From NCBI GenBank assembly GCA_002497295.1, contig DANO01000039.1, forward strand, positions 16,405-80,404: DNA of 64,000 nucleotides, given 5' to 3'. Of this stretch, positions 19,788 to 27,926 are shown piece by piece. Both the position numbers and the translations under genes were made by a program. Numbering within the stretch: the stretch's first letter is position 1; each line of letters opens with the position of its first letter. The DNA is from Euryarchaeota archaeon UBA171. GTDB taxonomy: Archaea; Thermoplasmatota; Poseidoniia; Poseidoniales; Thalassarchaeaceae. The notes under the pieces are model-generated. The model was not told the origin of the DNA, did no database searches, and saw only the letters and a list, made by a program, of their open reading frames with translations.

Positions 19788-20571
19788 CCCAGTCTAATTG
19801 TACATTCAGTGCATGCTTAAGGGCAGAGTCCCAACCTCCAGCGTACTCCAGTGGGTCTTTCTTACCTATCGCATGAAATGCTAGTATACGTTCAATATCA
19901 GCACCACTCCGACCAGAAGATCTGCCCTCACTATCCGGATTATAGGATGTGTTCGTGTTTTTGAAGACGGTATCGAAGTCAAGACTCAATTTATTCAATG
20001 AAATCTCTGCATCTCCAAGTATGGATTGCTTGTTACCATCGATATAGGGGAGGTGAAAGGAAACCCGATCACTGTCCCAGTTACCGATTTCAAATGCCAT
20101 GCTGAGGGCCTCATAGAATTCTGGACGGCAATCTGGATAAATTTCATGGTCACCGCTATGTACGCCTAAAGCTAGGATAACGTCGCTATCTTCCTTGATA
20201 GAGGTAGACAGAGCATACCCATACAATATGGATGCGAATATGGCATTTCGATTCGGCACGACGGTCTGCTTCATCTGCTCCTCCTCATAATGCCCCTCTG
20301 GTACATCATAACCATCCGTAGTCAATGCTGAGTGAAATAGACCAATTGTGGAAGATAAATCAACAATTTTATGTTCTACGAGATAGCCTTCTGATTTCAG
20401 ATAAGCGATGTTTTCAGAAGCTCTTTCCAATTCTACTACGTGCTTCTGACCATAATTATACGATATGCAGCTGGTCTGGTAACCTTCTGCTAGAAGATGC
20501 ATCAGGAGAGCTGTGCTATCCATTCCTCCAGAGAGTGCCATTACAGCCCTGATTAGAGCACCCCCATCCAT
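19771..20571 (-). CDS. queC: QueC-like 7-cyano-7-deazaguanine synthase (variant lacking the Zn-binding cysteines)
   Basis: 266 aa. It has the PP-loop ALSGGMDST, NRN.IF and HSGDHEIYPDCRPEF (compare E. coli ETDFSGYPDCRDEF). The positions of the four Zn-ligand Cys appear as TSYNP / SGRSGAD. Confidence 0.75.
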   Translation of the reverse strand: MDGGALIRAVMALSGGMDSTALLMHLLAEGYQTSCISYNYGQKHVVELERASENIAYLKSEGYLVEHKIVDLSSTIGLFHSALTTDGYDVPEGHYEEEQMKQTVVPNRNAIFASILYGYALSTSIKEDSDVILALGVHSGDHEIYPDCRPEFYEALSMAFEIGNWDSDRVSFHLPYIDGNKQSILGDAEISLNKLSLDFDTVFKNTNTSYNPDSEGRSSGRSGADIERILAFHAIGKKDPLEYAGGWDSALKHALNVQLDWGDSNE

Positions 20572-21152
20572 TTGTGTGTCTGGAGGCTGAGCCTCCAGCC
20601 CTTAGACTCCTTCACTACTTTCTCAACTGCCTGAAATGATATTCCATTTTCTTCCACTGAATCTGAATCGATGTAGCACGGCTGAATGAAGTGGTGCAAG
20701 AAGCCCATCCTCAAATCATCATACATTCCCAAATCTTGTCCACAATATACAATCTTCAACTCGTCGCCCTGTCGTTGTTTGATTTTCGCATTCGGGTATA
20801 ATTGGTCCTTAGGCGAGACACATATCCAATCTATAATCGGGTCAATTTCTATTGTACCATTGGTTTCTATAGACAAATTAATTCCTTCTTTTTTCAGACT
20901 TGATCCGATAGTAGAGAGATCTTGAAGAGCAGGCTCACCACCTGTGAAAATAACTCGGTCGCAATCATAAGAGAGCACCTCGTCTATGATTGATTCAAGC
21001 TCCCGTTCTTCATATTTTAGAAAATCAGTATCGCACCATTCGCATCTTAAATTACAGTTCCCAAACCTCACGAAAACATGCGGTACACCTGCGTGGAAGC
21101 CCTCCCCCTGGACTGAATGGAAAATCTCTACGATTGGGTATGTGACTGACAC
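20553..21152 (-). CDS. queE: 7-carboxy-7-deazaguanine synthase QueE (radical SAM)
   Basis: 199 aa. Motifs seen: EIF.S.QGEG...G.P.VFVRF.GCNLRC.WCDT. Confidence 0.9.
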   Translation of the reverse strand: MSVTYPIVEIFHSVQGEGFHAGVPHVFVRFGNCNLRCEWCDTDFLKYEERELESIIDEVLSYDCDRVIFTGGEPALQDLSTIGSSLKKEGINLSIETNGTIEIDPIIDWICVSPKDQLYPNAKIKQRQGDELKIVYCGQDLGMYDDLRMGFLHHFIQPCYIDSDSVEENGISFQAVEKVVKESKGWRLSLQTHKWMGVL

Positions 21153-21161
21153 ATTATCAAC

Positions 21162-21722
21162 TCAATCTTTGATTAGCCGCATCAACTCTGAACGTGCTTC
21201 AGACCTATCAAAAAAAACCCCACGCATCGAAGAAGTAGTCATTGTAGCATTTTGCTTCTTGACGCCACGACACTGCATACAACCGTGCGAGGCTTCGATT
21301 ATCACTGCACAACCAAGTGGAGACAGATGCTCCTCCAAATCATCAGCAACGTTCTTTGTTATTCGTTCCTGATTTTGCAACCTGCGTGAATGGAGGTCTA
21401 CGATCCTCGCTAGTTTGCTGATCCCTACAATACGATCCGTTGGGATATAAGCTACATGTGCACTTCCTGTGAAGGGCTGGAGATGATGTTCGCAGGTACT
21501 ATGGAATTCGATATCCTTTAGCAGAACTATCCCGTCATATCCCTCTCCGTTGAACGTAGAGCTCAAAACTTGCTCCGAGGATTGGTGATACCCTGCGAAT
21601 ATCTCGTCCCATGAATTGATTACTCGTGAGGGCGTATCTTCAAGTCCTTCCCTGGACGGATCGTTTTCGATGTATCCCAAAAGTGTCTTTACGGCTTCCT
21701 CGGCCTCGTCCCTCGTGGTCAT
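21162..21722 (-). CDS. folE: GTP cyclohydrolase I (FolE type 1)
   Basis: 186 aa. Motifs seen: F.S.CEHHL.PF.G.AHVAYIP...IVGISKLARIVD....RLQ.QER.T. Confidence 0.92.
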   Translation of the reverse strand: MTTRDEAEEAVKTLLGYIENDPSREGLEDTPSRVINSWDEIFAGYHQSSEQVLSSTFNGEGYDGIVLLKDIEFHSTCEHHLQPFTGSAHVAYIPTDRIVGISKLARIVDLHSRRLQNQERITKNVADDLEEHLSPLGCAVIIEASHGCMQCRGVKKQNATMTTSSMRGVFFDRSEARSELMRLIKD

Positions 21723-21896
21723 TCAATCACCCCTTATGCGACCATGACGTTCATCGATCATGTCTAATTGGTCTAGCATTTTCCGGCAAGCTGTCCTCAC
21801 CGCATCTGCAACACTAACGAACTTGCCCTGCTCACCAACGTGTTTTTTGATGTCATCGAGTAAATGGCCTGGGATGTCCAAGCTTATCTTAGGCAT
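21723..21896 (-). CDS. ribbon-helix-helix (CopG/Arc/MetJ-like) small DNA-binding protein
   Basis: At 57 aa it is below the ORF-track cutoff. Manual translation: MPKISLDIPGHLLDDIKKHVGEQGKFVSVADAVRTACRKMLDQLDMIDERHGRIRGD. The pattern is a beta-strand (KISLDIP) followed by two helices. Its stop abuts the folE start codon. Confidence 0.6.
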   Translation of the reverse strand: MPKISLDIPGHLLDDIKKHVGEQGKFVSVADAVRTACRKMLDQLDMIDERHGRIRGD

Positions 21897-21910
21897 GTCT
21901 ACGCCTAGAT

Positions 21911-21952
21911 AGTATTCTTCAAGTATCTTTCTAGTAATACTCGAAGAATACT
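21911..21952. promoter_or_regulatory. near-perfect inverted repeat (16-nt arms, 10-nt spacer) over the predicted promoter of the RHH-folE-queE-queC-msrB-queD operon
   Basis: AGTATTCTTCaAGTAT (21911-21926), then ctttctagta, then ATACTcGAAGAATACT (21937-21952), with one mismatch. It lies 15-56 nt upstream of the RHH start codon (21896, minus strand). Confidence 0.4.
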
Positions 21953-22211
21953 AACTTGATATTGCATGGATCCTTTCAACCATGGATTCGACGTGGATTC
22001 GAATTTCTTCCGAGGAGGCCCCGTTTTCGATCATTGCTATAATGACATCTAATCCCCCCTCTATTTTCCCCGAGGAGAGGAATTCGTCATTTGTGATATT
22101 TCCTGAATCCCTGGCACTCACAAGACGGTCGGAAATCGTATTTCTGAGTAATTTAACCTCGTCAATGTCCATTGGCTCCTTGACAACAGCATCTACTATG
22201 TCTGCAAGCAT
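21951..22211 (-). CDS. small acidic hypothetical protein
   Basis: 86-aa ORF, co-directional and tightly spaced between the epimerase gene and the RHH operon. I recognise no family. Confidence 0.45.
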   Translation of the reverse strand: MLADIVDAVVKEPMDIDEVKLLRNTISDRLVSARDSGNITNDEFLSSGKIEGGLDVIIAMIENGASSEEIRIHVESMVERIHAISS

Positions 22212-22236
22212 GTCAAGGGCCTTACATTATCCCTTT

Positions 22237-22650
22237 TCATGGTTCCTTCTGAACCAGTTCGACCAGCACCCCGCCAGTACTGGAGGGGTGTATGAAAGAT
22301 ATCATCGCACCCCCTGCTCCCTGCATGGGCTCTTCATTGATCAATCTGATATTATTGGAATTCAAGATTTCGAGCAGGCCTGTGAGGTCGTCAGTTGCGA
22401 GGGCCACCTGCTGGACTCCTGCCCCTCTCTTGGAGATGAATCGTCCAACAGGAGTATCCTCTGTAATAGGCTCAAGGAGTTCTAATCTTGGTTGAGGAGC
22501 ATCTTTACCTTGCATGAATCGTATCTTTACCCCTTGCTGGACATTCTCTTCTTGACCAGTCTCATAGAATCCCAAGAGCCTCCAGAATTTCTCAGATTCC
22601 TCGTTTGATTCACAGGCAATTCCAATGTGATCAAACCATACTCCAGGCAT
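22237..22650 (-). CDS. mce: methylmalonyl-CoA epimerase (VOC/glyoxalase fold)
   Basis: 137 aa. Motifs seen: FDHIGIA......S..FW..LGF........E...V...F........ELLEP......P...F...RG.G..Q.A. It directly follows the mutase gene. Confidence 0.85.
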   Translation of the reverse strand: MPGVWFDHIGIACESNEESEKFWRLLGFYETGQEENVQQGVKIRFMQGKDAPQPRLELLEPITEDTPVGRFISKRGAGVQQVALATDDLTGLLEILNSNNIRLINEEPMQGAGGAMISFIHPSSTGGVLVELVQKEP

Positions 22651-24156
22651 CTATATCCCTCCAGGGGCTGTCCATGTTCCAAGCTCTTCACGTAGTATTC
22701 CGCATATCTCCCCAATTGTCGCACCCGACTTACAGGCTACTCTTATCGGATCAATGAGGTTCATGTCTGAACTTACCGCTAATCTAAGCGCCTCAAGTGC
22801 ATTCTCGAAGTTTGTGCTATCCCTCGTGCTTCTATGATTAGATAGTTTGGATATTTGTCGTTCAATCGCTTCATCGTTAATGACTTGTCCAGCTGGGTAT
22901 TTGCCTTCTTCCTCCACGTGTAGATTCACTCCTACGACCCTCTGCAGATCATCTTCCAACTCATTCTGCTGTATCCATGCACTCTCATGGATCATCCTAG
23001 TCTGTATTCCTGCTTTTACAGCTTCAACAGATCCGCCATGCCTGTCTATCGATTCGATTACATTCCGTGCCTCTGCGATAATATTCGAAGTAATTTCTTC
23101 AATTAGTGGCGCACCGCCAAGAGGGTCTACGTGATCAACTACACCGATCTCATGGGCTATGATCTGCTGAGTTCTGAGCGCTACTTTAGCGGATTCTTCA
23201 GTGGGAAGTCCAAGAGCCTCGTCATATCCATTCGTATGGAGCGATTGTGTTCCCCCAAGTACAGAAGCTAGTGCCTGATATGCCACTCGCACTATGTTAT
23301 TCGTAGATTGTTGGGCTGTTAGGGTGACTCCAGCTGTTTGTGTATGGAATCTCATTCTACCACATCTGACATCGTCAAAATCATATCTTTCATTCATAAT
23401 CTGATACCACAGGGTACGCGCAGCGCGGAATTTGCATATTTCCTCTAGGAAATCACGATGACACCCGAAAAAGAATGAGATTCTGGGTGCGAATGTATCT
23501 AGGTTGAGTCCCCGTTCCCTGGCTGCCTCTATGTATGCAAGGGCATTTGAAATAGTCAAACCGACCTCCTGTGCCGCTGTAGAGCCGGCTTCTCGTATGT
23601 GGTAGCCACTTACAGATATTGGATTCCATTTGGGGGCGTTTTCAGAGCACCACTCAATAATGTCTACCGTAAGCCTCATCGATTCCTCAGGGGGATGGAT
23701 GTGGAGTCCTCTTGCCATGTACTCTTTCAAAACATCATTCTGGACAGTACCAGATATCTGAGAGAGGTCTGCTCCTTGCTCCTCAGCAACCACTGAGTAC
23801 ATTGCAAGGAGGACTGCTGCAGGCGCGTTAATTGTCATGGACGTGCTAACATCAGATAATTCGATACCTTCGAAAAGTGATCTCATATCTGAAATTGAAT
23901 CTATCGGAACACCGACTCTTCCAACTTCCCCTATGGAGTGATCATCATCGGAATCAAAGCCGAGTTGTGTGGGGAGGTCGAATGCAACGGATAACCCAGA
24001 CTGTCCTGATCTAAGGAGTGATTTGAATCGTCTATTCGTGGATACTGGATCGGAAAATCCCGCATATTGGCGCATTGTCCATATTCTGTCCCTGTACATT
24101 CCTTCATGTATCCCTCTAGTGAAGGGAGGGCTTCCAGCTGAAGGAGGGGGATCCAC
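22651..24156 (-). CDS. methylmalonyl-CoA mutase, catalytic (large, N-terminal) subunit
   Basis: 501 aa. The sequence PPFTRGI...MYR.R.WTMRQYAGF.....N.RFK.LL..GQ.GLSVAFDLPTQ.G.DSD is diagnostic. No B12-binding subunit is adjacent. Confidence 0.93.
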   Translation of the reverse strand: MDPPPSAGSPPFTRGIHEGMYRDRIWTMRQYAGFSDPVSTNRRFKSLLRSGQSGLSVAFDLPTQLGFDSDDDHSIGEVGRVGVPIDSISDMRSLFEGIELSDVSTSMTINAPAAVLLAMYSVVAEEQGADLSQISGTVQNDVLKEYMARGLHIHPPEESMRLTVDIIEWCSENAPKWNPISVSGYHIREAGSTAAQEVGLTISNALAYIEAARERGLNLDTFAPRISFFFGCHRDFLEEICKFRAARTLWYQIMNERYDFDDVRCGRMRFHTQTAGVTLTAQQSTNNIVRVAYQALASVLGGTQSLHTNGYDEALGLPTEESAKVALRTQQIIAHEIGVVDHVDPLGGAPLIEEITSNIIAEARNVIESIDRHGGSVEAVKAGIQTRMIHESAWIQQNELEDDLQRVVGVNLHVEEEGKYPAGQVINDEAIERQISKLSNHRSTRDSTNFENALEALRLAVSSDMNLIDPIRVACKSGATIGEICGILREELGTWTAPGGI

Positions 24157-24190
24157 GCTTATCTGACACCTGTATAGTGTTTCAAGTCGT

Positions 24191-24922
24191 TCATCTTCGG
24201 ACAGTGTAGTTGTCGATAAGTCGAATCAAACGAGCTGCCTGATCATCATTTATTGCTCCCTCAGAGACCTTAGAGGCGACAAATGCCTTGGCCTCGTCAG
24301 CTGTCTGACGCTCGCCTTTAGCCCAAACGGACCCGATTATTGACGATCTGTGCTCTTCAACAACGGATATTTCCTGTAGCAGTCCCTTCATTTCGTACTT
24401 ATATTCCATATGCCTGGCTCTATCAAGCCTTTTCTCTCTGGCAGCAGGCTGGTAAGTCTTATTTCTCCCACGTCCCCCTTTCCTCCTCTTGGGTTTGGCC
24501 GATGGTGCAGGGGTTGGAGGTCTTCTTGGAACATTTTTAGCAGCCTCGGAACGTTCCTTTGCCCTTGCTAGAGCCTGCTGGACCTCTATGTCAATTGCAC
24601 TTTCATCTTCCGTCTTCTCCTGTTCTCCAGATTCGAGAGAAGGCTCTTCTGTCTTCAGCCCGGAGGATTTCCTTCTAGGTACGCCTAGAATCTGAGATTC
24701 TACAACTTCTATTTGTTCAGCCTCTATTGAGGCGTCCTCTTTCTTAGATTTTGATATTGCTTTAGCAGGCTTATTTTCGGAGGGAGACTCTGGCCTAGGT
24801 GAACTAATCAGAGGTTTTTTGATTGGTGCGGGTGCAGGAACAGGCCTCTTCGTTTTCTTCGGCTTCTGACCGCCGGAGAACACGTTCGCGGGTGCTGCTT
24901 TTGGCTTCCTTCTCCTCTGCAC
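24191..24922 (-). CDS. basic K/P/A/E-rich low-complexity protein with ~85-aa structured C-terminal domain, unknown function
   Basis: 243-aa ORF. Residues 1-150 are proline/lysine/glutamate-rich. The C-terminus (ARHMEYKYEMKGLLQEI...NDDQAARLIRLIDNYTVRR) looks globular. I recognise no family. Confidence 0.5.
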   Translation of the reverse strand: MQRRRKPKAAPANVFSGGQKPKKTKRPVPAPAPIKKPLISSPRPESPSENKPAKAISKSKKEDASIEAEQIEVVESQILGVPRRKSSGLKTEEPSLESGEQEKTEDESAIDIEVQQALARAKERSEAAKNVPRRPPTPAPSAKPKRRKGGRGRNKTYQPAAREKRLDRARHMEYKYEMKGLLQEISVVEEHRSSIIGSVWAKGERQTADEAKAFVASKVSEGAINDDQAARLIRLIDNYTVRR

Positions 24923-24976
24923 TTCGTAATCGACCAGCCTTTGGGCTCAGAGGTGTCCGAATAAGTATATGGTATG

Positions 24977-25981
24977 CTAAGACCATATGACGGGGGTCAT
25001 ATCAGTTCTAAGGGATGGGTCGATTGCACTATTTGTCATAATAGTCTCTATACCTGAGTCCAGCATCCTCCTACCCAATTCCGCTATCATGGTTCCATTA
25101 TCTACGCATAATGGCCTTTCTGGCCAGTATGCCTCCCCTCCACGCTCTTGGGCCATTATGGAGGTCATTGTTCGAATTCTCTGATTGCATGCGACACCCC
25201 CGCCAAGTAGAATTTCTGATTTACCAGTCAGAGCCATTGCCCTCTCGCCAACCTCAACACAACTCGCGAAAGACACTTCTTGTAATGAATGGCATACAAG
25301 TCCGGGGTCCTCTCCCCGTTCTGCGTGTGCGATTGCAGCGCCTAATATGCCACTAAATGCCATGTCTGTTCCATGTACCGCGTATGGTAGATCTAAAAGA
25401 TGTTCAGATCCATTTTCTTGTATGAATCTGGATGCCTTTCGCTCTATCTCCGGACCACCAGGAAAGGGTATTCCAATAGATCTTCCAAATTTATCCAGCA
25501 TGTTCCCTATTCCAATGTCCAATGTTTCTCCGAGTACCCTGTAGCGACCTGATGCACGAGCGATAACTTGGGTATTTCCACCGCTTACATACAGCAATAT
25601 GGGATCGTCACAGCCAGTCATTCTTCGTCCAATCTCGATATGGGCAACACAGTGATTCACTCCAACAAGAGGGACGTCTAGGGCCATAGACATTGATCTC
25701 GCAACGGCCCCGCCGACTCTCAAACAAGGACCTAAACCGGGGCCCTGGCTAAATGCAATTGCATCGATATCGTCCTTGTTGGCCCCCCAGTTTCCCATTG
25801 CAGTTCTGAGGAGGTCCCCTGCAGACTGCACATGATGGTCTGCCGCCTCTCTTGGATGTATGCCCCCCTCTTCGGGCCTGTATAGCGACGAGGAAGATGG
25901 AAGCACATCAGATCCATCACTAGATACCGCCCCGAAAGAGAATGTATGGGCAGTACTCTCGATGCCGATGATCAGTCCCAC
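24977..25981 (-). CDS. kae1: tRNA N6-adenosine threonylcarbamoyltransferase Kae1 (no Bud32 fusion)
   Basis: 334 aa. Motifs seen: GIESTAHTF, H.......A, VNHC.AHIE, LYVSGGNTQ. It starts at a GTG. Confidence 0.92.
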   Translation of the reverse strand: MGLIIGIESTAHTFSFGAVSSDGSDVLPSSSSLYRPEEGGIHPREAADHHVQSAGDLLRTAMGNWGANKDDIDAIAFSQGPGLGPCLRVGGAVARSMSMALDVPLVGVNHCVAHIEIGRRMTGCDDPILLYVSGGNTQVIARASGRYRVLGETLDIGIGNMLDKFGRSIGIPFPGGPEIERKASRFIQENGSEHLLDLPYAVHGTDMAFSGILGAAIAHAERGEDPGLVCHSLQEVSFASCVEVGERAMALTGKSEILLGGGVACNQRIRTMTSIMAQERGGEAYWPERPLCVDNGTMIAELGRRMLDSGIETIMTNSAIDPSLRTDMTPVIWS

Positions 25982-26028
25982 GGTCCTTGGGAAAGGCTTC
26001 TAGATTCAAAATTACGGGTCACAACGAT

Positions 26029-27300
26029 ATGGATTGCCTCATCTCGATGGCCATGGCACGTAATGTTCTGCTACATGGTTCAGGGCCAGTTGTAACCTTG
26101 GATTCAGGGGATACATCAGAACCCCTCAGGGGGCATGAAATGTCTGACAAAGGGGCTTTGATCAGACAAAGTGGGACTGAGATACTAATCATAGACGGGA
26201 TAGTATCGGACATCCAGTCTGCGGGCAGTATAACTTGCGAATGGGAGGGGTCTAGCGATATTGAACTGATTGACGCAGAAGGACGATGCTTAGTACCGTC
26301 TTTTGTGGATTCTCACACGCATCTAGCATGGACGGGAGATAGAAGTAATGAGGTGTCTTTGCGCTATCAGGGCATGTCTTACTCTGATATCGCTGAATCC
26401 GGCGGTGGCATACGGAGTACGGTGCAGTCAACAAGAAGATCTAGTGATGTGGAGTTACGCCAATCCATAAAATCAAGGATAGATCAAGCCAAGACACTCG
26501 GAACCGCAAGGATGGAGGCAAAATCTGGATACGGATTGGACGTTGAAACCGAAATTCGATCTCTTATGGAGATAAAATCGATAGCCGAATCTAGTTCTAT
26601 GCCAGTTGAAACTACGTGGTTAGGTGCACATGACTTTCCTGCGGATAAATCGAAATCAGAATACATGACTGAGCTTATCGAACAACAACTTCCAGCTGTC
26701 ATCGAGAATGAACTGGCCTCTTTCGCAGATGTTTTCTGCGAACCGGGCTGGTTCTCCCTTGAGGATACCGAACAAATTTGCACAGCAGCAAAGGACGGAG
26801 GATTAGGAATTAGGCTCCATGTGGACGAGTTTGTCGATGGAGGCGGTTTGGAGCTCGCTACAGAAATGGGTGCCGTCAGCGCGGATCATGTTGCAAAATC
26901 CAACATCGAATCCCGCCGTGCTGCCGATGAAGCAGGAGTTATGCAGACCTTCCTTCCAGGAACGCCCTATGCGCTGGGGAAAGATTTGGATTTACCATTG
27001 AAGGAATGTTATGATTCTGAATATGCATTTTCCATGGCTACAGACTACAACCCGAACTGCCCATCGCTCTCTCTTCCGTTTGTTGGAAGCCTCGCAGTTC
27101 ACCGTATGGGCTTAGATCCGTTGGCTTCATTGGTGGCTGTTACTAGGAATCCAGCAACAACAATGGGGCAACTAGGAAATGAGCATAGAGGGACGATTGA
27201 AATCGGAATGAAGAGTTCTATATTGATGATGAATTCTAAAAATCCAGAGTCATGGATTTCTTCTTTCGGATCCATGAATAACTTTTCTATGATTAATTAA
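26029..27300 (+). CDS. hutI: imidazolonepropionase HutI
   Basis: Motifs seen: PSFVDSHTHL...G.R..E........Y..I...GGGI..TV..TR, and later HVDE and DYNP. The start is uncertain: the track ORF begins at 25987 (TTG), with internal ATGs at 26029, 26047 and 26053. Confidence 0.9.
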   Translation: MDCLISMAMARNVLLHGSGPVVTLDSGDTSEPLRGHEMSDKGALIRQSGTEILIIDGIVSDIQSAGSITCEWEGSSDIELIDAEGRCLVPSFVDSHTHLAWTGDRSNEVSLRYQGMSYSDIAESGGGIRSTVQSTRRSSDVELRQSIKSRIDQAKTLGTARMEAKSGYGLDVETEIRSLMEIKSIAESSSMPVETTWLGAHDFPADKSKSEYMTELIEQQLPAVIENELASFADVFCEPGWFSLEDTEQICTAAKDGGLGIRLHVDEFVDGGGLELATEMGAVSADHVAKSNIESRRAADEAGVMQTFLPGTPYALGKDLDLPLKECYDSEYAFSMATDYNPNCPSLSLPFVGSLAVHRMGLDPLASLVAVTRNPATTMGQLGNEHRGTIEIGMKSSILMMNSKNPESWISSFGSMNNFSMIN

Positions 27301-27604
27301 AATACATAGGTATGTATCTGTATCTTATTAGTTATAGTATTGTTTCAACATAATGTAGTCTTTCAATTTATGTCAAACAGGTTACAATAATTCTTCAGAT
27401 CTAATAATTCTGTTTCGCAGGATAGTTATTCGGAAGGATCGATTAACAAATTATGGGCCGATAATGCACATTATCAGACCAAAATTACTAGCGCCCCACA
27501 TCAATAAGAGCGCAGTGCATCGTTTTTTCAATATATACAAAAAACTGGTAAAAACCCCCTTATTGTACGTGCAAATGAAATAATTCATCCAACTCGCTTC
27601 GTAC

Positions 27605-27754
27605 ATGGTAGAACGTGCATTCTGCATGAGGTGTAAACAGGATGTGAACGTCTCAAATGGAAAGATCGTAGTTATGGGCAATGGGAGAAAAAGACTCTCG
27701 GGCATCTGTGATATAGAGGGCTGTGAAGCCAAATTGTCTAAGATAATAGCTTAA
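27605..27754 (+). CDS. small Zn-ribbon protein (DUF5679-like)
   Basis: At 49 aa it is below the ORF-track cutoff. Manual translation: MVERAFCMRCKQDVNVSNGKIVVMGNGRKRLSGICDIEGCEAKLSKIIA. The layout C-x2-C ... NGR...G.C...C..K...I matches what I recall of DUF5679 small proteins. Confidence 0.5.
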   Translation: MVERAFCMRCKQDVNVSNGKIVVMGNGRKRLSGICDIEGCEAKLSKIIA

Positions 27755-27813
27755 TGTGTTTTTCATTATCTTCAGAATCCTTCATCAGTGAGTGGTTACT
27801 GGCCTCATAAGTA

Positions 27814-27889
27814 GGGCTCGTGGTCTAGGGGTTATGACGTCGCCTTGACATGGCGAAGATCGCAGGTTCAATTCCTGCCGAGCCCACCA
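27814..27889 (+). tRNA. tRNA-Val (anticodon GAC), genomically encoded CCA
   Basis: Folded manually into a cloverleaf. Acceptor GGGCTCG/CGAGCCC. D-arm GTCT-AGGGGTTA-TGAC. Anticodon stem TCGCC/GGCGA with loop TT-GAC-AT. Variable AGATC. T-arm GCAGG-TTCAATT-CCTGC. Discriminator A, then CCA. 73 nt plus CCA. Confidence 0.93.
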
Positions 27890-27926
27890 ATAGAATTTAT
27901 ACTAATTATATTAATTATTCATAATT

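Noticed and set aside
22651-24156. The methylmalonyl-CoA mutase large subunit appears to start only ~10 aa before the PFTRG motif and has no adjacent B12-binding subunit. This could indicate a truncation or pseudogene.
   Set aside because: The reading frame is intact over 501 codons with all core motifs. Split, dispersed mutase subunits are common in archaea. The upstream 34-nt gap leaves no room for a lost exon-like piece. There are insufficient grounds to call it defective.
27451-27732. A 93-aa minus-strand ORF in the AT-rich region.
   Set aside because: It is antisense to the better-supported DUF5679-like Zn-ribbon ORF. Its translation is hydrophobic and low-complexity with no motif, and it is likely an artefact of AT-rich sequence.
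27301-27926. An integrated element at tRNA-Val, or a replication origin in the AT-rich stretch.
   Set aside because: There is no integrase, no visible duplication of the tRNA 3' end (att-like repeat), no ORB-like repeated boxes and no adjacent orc1/cdc6. Only a 9-bp direct repeat is present. I kept it as a low-interest finding instead.
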